DNA of 64,000 nucleotides, taken from the NCBI RefSeq assembly GCF_036588685.1, contig NC_086375.1:93310001-93374000 (forward strand), given 5' to 3'. A program made the position numbers and the translations under genes. This DNA comes from Mytilus trossulus (taxonomy: Eukaryota). Each line of letters begins with the position of its first letter. The stretch's first letter is position 1. Shown here piece by piece: positions 15,001 to 27,000 of this stretch. The notes below the pieces were generated by a model that saw nothing but the letters and a program-made list of their open reading frames with translations, was not told the origin of the DNA and did no database searches.

Positions 15001-18000
15001 CATAGGCAATGTACGCATACAGGGTTAAAAAATCAAAAGTATGTAAGAATAAATTACAGAAATAGACCAAGATTCAAACTAGTCCAAAAATTATACATAG
15101 AATATATGAGAATCCAAAACTTTTTAAAGGGAACAATTTAACAGGACACAATAACATCTACTGTCTAAGAACACATGGATTGATTTGAGTGTCTGACGTT
15201 AGAAAAATTATATACGTCACATAAATTTGTTGTTCAATGTGCATACAAACAATTTAAAAAAAAATTTCATAGGCAATGTACGCATACAGAGTTAAAAAAA
15301 TCAAAAGTATGTAAGAATAAATTACAGAAATAGACCGAGATTCAAACTAGTTCAAAAGTTATACATAGAATTTATGAGAATCCAAAAATTGTCAATTCCA
15401 CTACGCCATTGATTGATTTTGACGTTTGTGGTTCAATGTATACAAGTAATTCATAATAGAAATATATCATAATGACATATTATAGACAAATATCATACTG
15501 ACGGGATCTTTTAAAGTACAGAGTCACGTTATAAGCACAAAAGAAATACAAAGAGTCACATATACAAAACAAATCACCAAAAAATGAAAGCCAATACAAA
15601 CACATTGACGAGATGTATAAGTACCGAGCCACGTCAAACGGATATCACATAAAACCATTCAACAGTAAAAGTAATCTTAATAATAGAACAAAAACAAATA
15701 AAAGAACAATAAAACATGTTGTTAAGATGATACACAACATCAGTACGCAAAATCTATACATCAAGACCATCGTGTATTATTTGAAAAGTTGATATACCGC
15801 TGTTCAAAACTCAAAAATACATGGACAAAAAACAAAATCGGGGTACAAACTTAAACTGAGGGAAAAGCATTAAATACAAGAGGAGAACAACGACACAACA
15901 TTAAAATGTAACACACAGAGAAACGGACTAAGCAATAGACAAAATCCAATGAGAATAACAAATATAACATAAAAACAAAATCAAGAAAAACAAAAAGGTA
16001 AATAAACAAAGCTCATTAACAAAAACGAAAGAGACGAACACAATACCGGGTAATTTACCATAATACTATAACACAATGACGAGATGTATAATATCAAGCC
16101 ACGTCAAATGGATATTACCAAAATTAGACTCAAAAGTAACAAGTTATAATTTACAAAGACAAATTAGAAAGAAAAAAAACTGTAACATTTAATTAAGATG
16201 ATAGACAAAACATCGTCGTACCCAGAAACTAGACTTCAAGACCGTTGTGTATAATGTGTGAAGTTAATACACAAGTTTATCAAAAAGCTCTTTGTATCGT
16301 TCAAAAAACTATTTTAGTAAAAATAATAGACGTTCTTAAACATAACTGATGCATCACATTCCTGTTAAGACACTAGTGAAGGTCTGAGTTGCAACTTCAG
16401 GCTAGTGAGTACCTAATGCATTGGGAAAAGTATATCCAATATGCAGGTGCAGTTGGAGTATTGCTTTTAAAGTCTCGGAAACTGATTTTTTTTTTTAAAA
16501 GTCTAGTTTGTTATCAGATGTAGGTAACAGCTTGTTTGTAGTACTGTATCTGCTTTAATCTATTGGTTTAGAACGTAGCTTAACAATACATTATTTACAA
16601 TAAAGCTCTTGCACTCTACAATACGTTGTTCATAAAATTAAAGTATACCGAACCACAAAAAAAAAAACGGAAAGTTCCCAAGCAAATATCAAAATCTAAA
16701 ACCTCAATAAACATTATCAAACAAAGTCAGCATAAGGTTATTTAGTTTTTTATTTAGACTTTATATTGTTCCAATTCTTGCAGGTTTGTACAACTGGTGT
16801 TGACCATTTGAGTAAAATTGAAGTTGAAGAACTAAAGTAATATTCCAACTCAAAGAATACTCACAATCTCCTAAATCAACACGAAATGCATAATCTGCTT
16901 ACTTGAAATCGGGTTATCCCGTTAGAATTCTATTATACATGAAAAACATAGTGACCACCGAAAACCAATGACTGGAAATCACGAACCCCTGGAAAAACCT
17001 TGGGTATACATTTTTACACAACATATCAATTTTCATATCTACAAAATCATCAAAATGGATATTTATCATCAGAAGGTTTACATATAATAGCTTCATTCCT
17101 CACCTTGTTGTTTTATTGACCCATATCCAGGTTTCCGGAAATTTCTTTCGAGTTCTCCCAACAGATGCCAATTGAGCAGATGCTGCTCCTTTCTCAGCAG
17201 ATAATGCCCAACGTGCCCATTCAGCTGAAACAATTTACCCTAGTATTTCCAAATATAGCAATCGATAAGGACCTCTTGATGATTGAAAAGTGAAAGGAAC
17301 GATTTTTTATTATATATAATGCATGCGTATCCAGCAAACAGATATGTACCACATTCAACCTTTGCAAGGCAAAATTTATAGTCAAGCACATTCACCTTGT
17401 ATTGTCCCATATCCATGTTATGCGTACTACTTTCCTTTCAACTTGAGAAGAAAAGTCAATAATAAACCCTATAATGATCATATTACAGAAATTGATCAAT
17501 TGTAATGGTAATGTCTCACCCTGTAGTGCTGTTTACCCACAACCATGTTTCTGGAAAATTCTTCCGTGTTCGTGTGGGACTAGCAAGACTGCCACTTCCT
17601 GCGAATCCTGCAGCGCCCCCTCCTAAGCCCCCTCCTAAGCCCCCTCCACCATCATCAGCGAAGGATGCAGAGGGTCCAGGTTGGCCACGGTGTCCAGAAG
17701 AAAACATTCGCACGGCTGAAATTAAATGAATGCTCACCAGCATGCAGAATTTATCCATTATTATGCTGTAAAAAAATACTCCTAGTTTAAACAAGGGAGA
17801 AGGTCCGGTAAAGGCCGAATTATCCTCAAATTTAAGATTCATCTGACGAAAAATTGTGTACACTTTTTAAACACTTAAGTGTCTATTTTATTTAAATCAA
17901 TTAGTTTCTGTGAAAGCTTTTAACTGATTTAGTCATTAAAAACGCACTAGTTTTTGTCTGAAATGAAAGTGGTCGCATCCTTGTTCATCCTCAACCTTTA

Positions 18001-21000
18001 TATATATTATGTTCTATCGTAAAATACAACTTGCATTTCAATATTAAGGATGAACACGAATGCTGCCACTTTCGTTTTACACGAGAACCGTCTAAAATTT
18101 AACTAAAATGCTAGAATTGTGAAGTTTTCAGTAATTTCGCATGACTTAATGGTGCTAGTACCCGATACTTGTGCATGGTAGGGTCAATACAGCCCATATT
18201 AATGTAGCAGAAGCATTTTACTGTGCAATAAATAACTAAAAGTTAACATTTTAACAATTTTGTAAAACAGCTATACTTTGGGGCCAAAAAGGGTCTTACT
18301 GGACCAACTCCTTTGCTATTCAGTCATTTTAATTCGCAAATACTTTTCTTCTTCATTGCTTTATATAGCCCAACAGGACGACAATCACCAGTATAAATCA
18401 TATACAGCTACACGTAAATCCAACTTCACTCTGGCAAATAAGATGAAAAAACATGCTACACACTAAATCACTAAATAAGCTAATTTTAAGGAAAATAAAA
18501 GGAAGCTATATAACACCAAATGTTATTGTAGAAGGAATATCAATTGTTTTTTGTATTAAACCTTAATGAAAAATCAATTTTGGTCCCTAATTAATCAAGT
18601 ATGGTTAGTGTACATAACCTTTATACAGTGAAAAACTTATAATTTATTGGACTATCAAAGAAATCTAAGAATATATGATAAAACTATACAAACGGTAAAA
18701 ACATAAAACTAAATGCAAGAATTTAAACAGATCATGACTTAACTTTGAAAGTGAAAAGCAATCAATTTTCTCAAACCATTAGGTCGTTTGCTACTCTCAC
18801 TCGACAAAAAGATCTATATTAAGACTCGGATCTGATATTTTGTTATAATGGTATGCAGACAACCTGATAATCAGATCACATACTCTAAATTCTAAAATTG
18901 GAAAAAAATACTGATGTTGTTTTCTGCAAGTATCAGATAATCGATAGAATATTTGAAAGTCCATCAGTAACCTTATATGAATAACACTCTAAAGTTTAAC
19001 AGTTCAATTGCCTTATCAATGCAACCGGCTAAAGAAACAATCGAAGTATTACATTTTAATTCTATAATAAAAAATTCAAGTGTTAACTGGATTTTTGTCT
19101 GATAAAACCGCTTCGTTTAAAAAAAACGGACGGGTTATAACAACTTATCTTGTCATGTAGGTAATTATGTTATCCCTGTTACAAAATTATATATGTATGT
19201 GTTTGCAGATAAAGATAAAGTAACCTTAAAATAAATACTTATTTGAAGAATTATACTCTTTAAAATAGGTTTCTCGATTCGAAACATAAAACGTAACACG
19301 ACGAATGTCACCAGAGGAGGACGAATTTGTTTTATGAAACTCTGATCTGTGTTTCTCAGTCTTTTCTTATTTTTTTGGTATTTATTGGTGTCTTCTTTGC
19401 AATTCTTATTTGGCTATTTTATTGATAGACCGCCTTCTTATTTATTTATTTTTTAACTTAGTGACATGTATTACACTTGTTTAGCAGATACGGGACTTTC
19501 CATTTTGTATTTTATTCGTAGTTCGATATTTTTGTTATTTTATCTTTTATAATACATGAATAAACAAAAGAGATATTAGCGTTTTATTATCGATGTTAAC
19601 CTATGTTTCATTAGGGCACCCAGTTCTGAGCAATAACCACCATTTCAAACCCCGGTGTATTGTTTGGGCTGTCACATTTTAATGTTTTCCTAGTGTTATG
19701 GGTTAACATACTTACATTGTGGAGGAATATACTGATAAAGCAAAGCATCTGTTAATACATAAACACCAGCTCCCTGTTGATAAAATAAACCATGTACAGT
19801 AGTTGTCGTTTGTTTATGTAATATATACGTGTTTCTCGTTTCTCGTTTTTATATATAGATAAGACCGTTGGTTTTCCCGTTTTAATGGTTTTACACTTGT
19901 AATTTTATGGCCCTTTATAGCTTGTTGTTCAGTTTGAGCCAAGGCTTCGTGTTGAAGGCCGTACATTGACCTATATTGGTTTACTTTTATAAATTGATAT
20001 TTGGATGGAGAGTTGTCTCATTGGCACTGATACCTTATCTTCCTTTATCAGTTTTTAGTGACAAACTATTCTGAAAACAGTTCGACAATTATGAATAAAT
20101 AAAGGCAACAGTAGTATACCGTATATAGTATATAGTATGAAATGTTCCTGAAAAAAACTTAAGCATATATCATTATATTTATTTTTGCTATGCAAACCTT
20201 TTTTCCCCTATGCAATAATATTTTATCTAAAAATGCATCTGACAAGGACATTTAGATTTGGTCATTGTTGTTTTTTTGCAACTGCCTGGTCATTTATTAT
20301 TGACTTTTGAGTTTTATTATCACTTTGGTATCTTTCGCCTCTCTTTGTATACCCCTTCTTTTGTATTTTAAATACATGTACTTGAAATTGTTCAGAACTA
20401 AAGCTTAATTGTATTTTTTTATAAAATGTGCTGTTATACTTACATTAAAAATCGAGAATGCATCCCTGCCGTAAACAGGTCTTGGTAACCAGAAGTCCCA
20501 ACTACTTCTTGAAAAGAATCCCGAGTTGCCATAACTTTGAAGTTCATTCAATACCTATGAATATTTAAAAGTGTTTTCTTTTTAAATACAATGAAATCAG
20601 TCAATAAAACTTATAAACTTCAGTGTTCCTGATGTTTCGTTGTCTTTCTCTTTTAGATGATGTGTTTCCCTCAGATTATTTTTCTCTGAATCGATTGATG
20701 TCGTTTAAACAGCGGATTACTACTGTTGCTTTTTAATACCACATATTTTGATTTTTTTTTTATAAAAAATATAATATCCAAATAAGTCTTTAAGGCCGTA
20801 CTTTAACCTATAATGGTTTACTTTTTAAATTGTTATTTGGATGGAGAGTTGTCTCATTGGCACTCACAACACATCTTCCTATATCTATTTAAGAGTGCTC
20901 GCGAGTATAAATCATTTTTTTTCTAATATAAGATTTCGCTATATTTTTCTATAAATGAATTTTATCATATACTTAACAGAAAAATGGAAAAAAATGAGGT

Positions 21001-24000
21001 CACCGTTCATTAAAGCTCACAATCTGCCTCCGAAAGAAGCATACATTTTTGTCCTTTTTTTCTGTTGGACTAATAGGAGAAATAGAGGTAAAATCGAAAT
21101 AAAAAAATAGCCTTATTACAGAAATGTCTTTACTTTTACAAATATTTAGTGTGTGTAAAGTTTATTTGAAAACATTAACAAAATATATAGGTCACCGATG
21201 AGTTCAAAAGGATATTAAAATTTTATTGCAAAAAATGTCATTTTTGCACCAAAGGGAGATAATTTGGACTTTTTCATTGATATAAACATTTTTTGAGTGA
21301 TCTGGGGCCAAACCGAATCGATTTTTTGGTTGATTTTTGTACCATATCATTAAGTAAAAACTAATAGTTTTATAAATAAAATTTATTATATACTTAGTAG
21401 TAAATACAGATATATTGTATGTGAAATACAATCAATGGCAAGTGTGCTGTATCAGCCACCCGTGATGATATCATTATCAGCACGATTGCAAAAGCTTTAT
21501 AACATCTTTAATATGTATGACGTCACGTCATCGATAGCAGTTACTGTTGTCAAACCTATAATCTGTATGACGTCATTTCAAACCTCATCATCTGTATGAC
21601 GTCATGTCACATAAAAACATCAACTTGAGGTATATGTATATAATAAAGTGTATATGATATGGCCTTTTCAATATCACACACCGTATTTACCCTCAACCAA
21701 TATAACCCCTCGAGCAGAGCTCTTGTGATTATATTGCTGTCTCGGGTTAATACGGATGCGATATTGAAAACGTTATATGATATTCCCTATTCATCATGAA
21801 AAAAAAATGTTCATTATTCATTATTGGATTCATGGTTTAATGGTGTCCATTTTCGGTGAATTTGTTATGTTATTGATTAGAGTGCCATCCGCTTTTAGGT
21901 GCGATATTTTCTCATTGTGTTTAATGCTCATTGGTGGCATTGGGCTATTGTTTTCACTGTCCTTGGGCTCGGGTTGTTGTCTTTGACACATTTTCCGTTT
22001 CAATTCGTAAAGGAATCGAAATTAATGCGTCATGTTTTGTTAGCTGCTTCGAATCACTAAATGAGTATTTTTGTGTAGTGATATCATCTCCTGATTTCGG
22101 TGATAGAACATTTTNNNNNNNNNNNNNNNNNNNNNNNNNNNNNNNNNNNNNNNNNNNNNNNNNNNNNNNNNNNNNNNNNNNNNNNNNNNNNNNNNNNNNN
22201 NNNNNNNNNNNNNNNNNNNNNNNNNNNNNNNNNNNNNNNNNNNNNNNNNNNNNNNNNNNNNNNNNNNNNNNTGATATCATTTCCTGATTTCATTAATAGA
22301 ACACTTTTCTCGACTGCTAGACCTTTGAGAGAGAGAGAAAGAGATACTTACATATTGTGTAGTGATTTCATTAATAGAACACTTTTATCGACTGCTAGAA
22401 TATTGAGAGAGAGAGCTTACATCTTGTGAAGTGATATCATTTCCTGATTTCAATAATAGAACACTTTTATCGACTGCTAGAACATTGACTAATGAGTTTG
22501 GATCCGCTGTCAATCCGACTTCTACGTCATCACCTGGCTTAGCTCGTCTTGTGTTGAAGTTAATGTTCACCTACAAAGTACGCAAACAATCAGTATAGTG
22601 ATCTAACACTATAGAAAAATAACATTTTTTAACTTAATATGTTTAACATATCTATAATGACAATATGAACGCAATGAATAAAGTATCATGTATTGTTCAA
22701 GAAGGTGAAGTGAGAAGTGAAGGGATGTTTTCCTTCAACATTTATATATTTATGCTTGAAAAAGGAACAGATGGGTAACGAGTAATTAACATTGGCATTA
22801 AAGTGCGAGGTTTGGCATGCCACAAAATCAGGTTCAACCCACCATTTTTTTTCTTTAAAAATGTCCTGTACCAAATAAAGGCAACAGTAGTATACCGCTG
22901 TTCAAATCTCATAAATCCATGGACAAAAAACAAAATCGGGGTAACAAACCAAAACCGAGCGAAACGCATTAAATATAAGAGGAGAACAACGACACAACAC
23001 CGAAACGCAACACACACAGAAACGGACCAAGCATCAGACAAAACACCGCGAGAATAACAAATATAACATGAAAACCAAATACATGAATTTGGGATAGACA
23101 AGTACCGTGCCACGTCTTATCTCAATATCTCAAAAATAAGAGGAAACACAAACGACTCGACGTTAAAATGCAACACACAGAGAAACGAACAATAATATAA
23201 CAATGACCATCTTCCTGACTTGGTACAGGACACTTTTAAAGGGGAATAAAAGTGGTGGGTTGAACCTGGTTTTATGGCATGCCAAACCTCGCACCTTAAT
23301 GGCAAAGTTGAATATAACATTGAAATAACAACATAATAATTCCAAGTCAAGAACATGGACATTGTTATATTATAGTTCGTTTCTGTGAGTGTTACATTTT
23401 AACCTTGTGTTTCCGTCGTGTCTCTTATATTTGAGTGTGAAGTCACATTACTATAAGACGTGTCACGGTACTTTTGTATCCCAAATACATGTATTTGGTT
23501 TTGATGTTATATTTGTAATGCTCATGATTATATTTAATGCTTTTCCCTCAGTTTTAGTTTGCTACCCCGAATTTGCTTTTTGTACATAAATTTACGAGTT
23601 TTAAACAGCGGTATACTACTGTTGTCTTTATTTATTTCCTTCTATTGTGATTATGCTTTCCTTAAGGTTAAGGAACCATTTTATTTATTACTTTGTATTC
23701 ATTTCGAAATCATTTGCCTGCAGAAGTACAGATATAAAAAAAATGTTCAAGTGTTTGAGGATTCTGTATGAAATCTTTACCAAATAAAAGTGTGTAATAT
23801 GGCATGTTAAAACTTCATATCAGCAGTAACCGATAACATCATGTTATACATATTGTATCATCTATAACTAGTATTGTAACTTGGCTTTTGTTACTATTGC
23901 TACTTAATATCGATATTTCTAATAACTTATGATAACAGTGCAATCCTGTACCACATAATCAGGCAGGACAAAGAAATTTACATTGCAATAGACCAATTTG

Positions 24001-27000
24001 GTACCTCGTTATAAGATATTACTAATAACTAACGGATATAGAGCAATTCTGTACCACATTATATAATAGGAAAACGACAAATTAACATGAAAATAGAGGA
24101 ACTCCATAAAACTTTTCAAGACAACACGAAAAACTAATAAAACAAAACAATTCCGTACTACATCGTATGATAGAACAAACAAATTAACATGTACTAAAGC
24201 AATTACAAACAAATTAACATGTATTACTATGGAAATAGAGCAATTCCGAAACTTATTTTTAAAAGTAATGTATTCAATTAATGATTACTAACCGACTACA
24301 ACAAATACTTACTTATTCAATATGCCCTCTACAATGGGAAATGTAATTGCAATCAGCTTATTTTTATCTTTGAGTTTGACTGCCCCTCTTGTATCTTTCG
24401 CCCGTCTTCTACAACTTACTTTAATATTAGACATATCTTTAATATTAATTGTAATTGCATCAACTACAACTTACTTTATTTTTGAATATATCCTCAATAG
24501 GAAACGTAATGGCATCAGCTACAACTTCGCCATTTCGTCGTCTTACATAGTAAATCAGTAACTTTGCTTGAGGAATCATTGCATAATTGATTCTGAGGGT
24601 ATGATCATGCTGCTTTCTGTTTCTCATACCGAATCGTCCATTTTGTACAAGTGATCCTTTTGAAAAAACCTATGGGAATGATTTTGATTTGAATGAATAA
24701 TTTTGATAAAAGATATCCTGAAAGAAGACGAACATATATTTCGTATGAACTCTTTTCGAAAATATGATGAAAAGCATATCTGATAAACAATATTCATGAC
24801 AAAATAAAAAGCTCACACATTATTGGTGACATTAAAATGCCGACTGGTAACCCGTTGAATGCTCTATGAAATTAAACGTGTAATACTAGCCCTGAACGTG
24901 TCATTTCATTTACGGCTAGCCCGAATATTTCTGTACTTTTTTTCCTCGAAAAATGAGAATATTTTATAGTACTATGTTCCTAACAAATCTCCTGGTGTTA
25001 AATTTAGGTCTCATTATATTCATTTTTAAATATTTATAACGATATAAGGTTGCCTATTTTTTATTTTGGTAAAATTCTGACCCCTTGTAGTTATCATTTA
25101 AAAAGCCACTAGTATGTACTAGTTTTGCGGATTACAACTTGAAACGTATAAACAAATCTACCCCTTACATTAAACCAATAAACATAATTATGAATCGATA
25201 GAATTATAGTAGTTATGCATACTCCATTTAATTAATATTTCAGATAAATATTTCGTGGCGTTCGCAATAACATACTTTGTAATTGCAGAAGCGGATCATT
25301 TCTGTTACTTTTATAACCAATGGTAATCTCTGACCAGGCTGAATATAAATGAGAATAAATACTTTTAAACAAATAAATACAATGTGATTGATACAGAGAT
25401 ATCCTTTTTCATTGCATATTGCCTTTTTGCAGTGATCTGTCTAAAGAAAAGTTTCTATTCGAATTCGGTATGAATGGTCATTATGCTACATCAACACTTT
25501 AAAGAATTGGTGATGATTTTTTTCTTATAAGTTTTTCTTCAATATTCAAATAAACAGCGAAAATTATTTCGTAACGTGTATTTATGAATACTTGAGGTTG
25601 AATACATCTTCGGTGCTCGTATGTTTCTTCCTTTTATGTATGTATTTGTTTCTTCCTTTAATGTATGTATTTGTTTCTTCCTTTTATTTTTATATGTATT
25701 TATGTATGCATTCGTTTCTTCCTTTAATGTATGTATTTGTTTCTTCATATCATTTATTCTATTGCGTTGTGTTAGGTACTCCGAAGCCTGATATGATGTC
25801 TTCGTATTTAACTCTCAAAGAAATATTGCATTTGTTGATAATGTGACTAAAAAACCGTAAGTGTAAGTTTTTATTGTATGTTGAATATATGAAAAGAATT
25901 GTTTTGAAATCTGTTTTAAGTTTCATTTGAATAAACAGGATTGATTTGACTATCAACAATGCCTGCTCCTTTTGAAGTTTACCTGAGCTTTTTGGTTATT
26001 TTTAACTTCAACTTGTATGTAGTTTCTGCTAGGGGATTCTGCACGGGACAAATATCTGGACGCTCTCGATTTGCGATAGACAGCCTGTTTAAAAAAATGT
26101 ATATAATGGGATTGTATATAAGTACATAGACACAACCGATTCAAATTTAAATTTTGAAAAAAACTAAGCATTTGTACAGTTTTAATAATTGTTTAATCGC
26201 AACAAAGATTTGAAAATATTTATTTTTAGTTTCATGTATTTTACTGTTAATGAACCAAACGTTTTTATAGTTAAGAAGGATATAAATAGTCTAGATTTAT
26301 AATGTTTTCACATCAACTAATTTGTCAAACTTTCAAAGAATTTTAAGAAATTTTGTATTAGCTTGTTTTTGAAACAGATATATATAGATATAGGAAGATG
26401 TGGTGTGAGTGCCAATGAGACAACTCTCCATCCAAATAACAATTTAAAAATTAAACCATTATAGGTTAAAGTACGGCCTTCAACACGGAGCCTTGGCTCA
26501 CACCGAACAACAAGCTATAAAGGGCCCCAAAATTACTAGTGTAAAACCATTCAAACGGGAAAACCAACGGTCTAATCTATATAAACAAAACGAGAAACGA
26601 GAAACACGAATATATTACATAAACAAACGACAACTACTGTACATCAGATTCCTGACTTAGGACAGGTGCAAACATTTGCAGCGGGATATAGTCTAGAAGT
26701 AAAATTTGGAAGATAAATTTTGTTTGATTTTTCCATCTTTTACTAGTAAGAAGACTATTTTCTATACTCTCAACTTTTTAAACATCTTATATTGTGTTCA
26801 CTCTTAGTACTATTCTTTTTAGACCCAAGCTGATCTTTAAAATATAAAGATAGCATCTATAACACAATGTCATAGTTACTGATAAATAAACTTACTTTAA
26901 GTTTACATAACACTTTATCACTGATAGCAGTAATAACAGATGAGACACTACAGGGATTCGCTGACGCCGTTACGAATGTTTATATAAATAGACTAGAAAT

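Noticed and set aside
16950-17000. Faint FP..W-like similarity suggesting a fourth bait cassette (a similar weak echo lies at ~18385-18430)
   Set aside because: No intact frame or convincing splice sites; the similarity could be chance in AT-rich DNA.
17505-17729. Plus-strand Pro-rich 74-aa ORF
   Set aside because: Antisense shadow of the Gly-rich cassette exon 18A.
21931-22429. ORFs spanning the N run
   Set aside because: Open only because of the assembly gap; they consist of exon 15 echo repeats.
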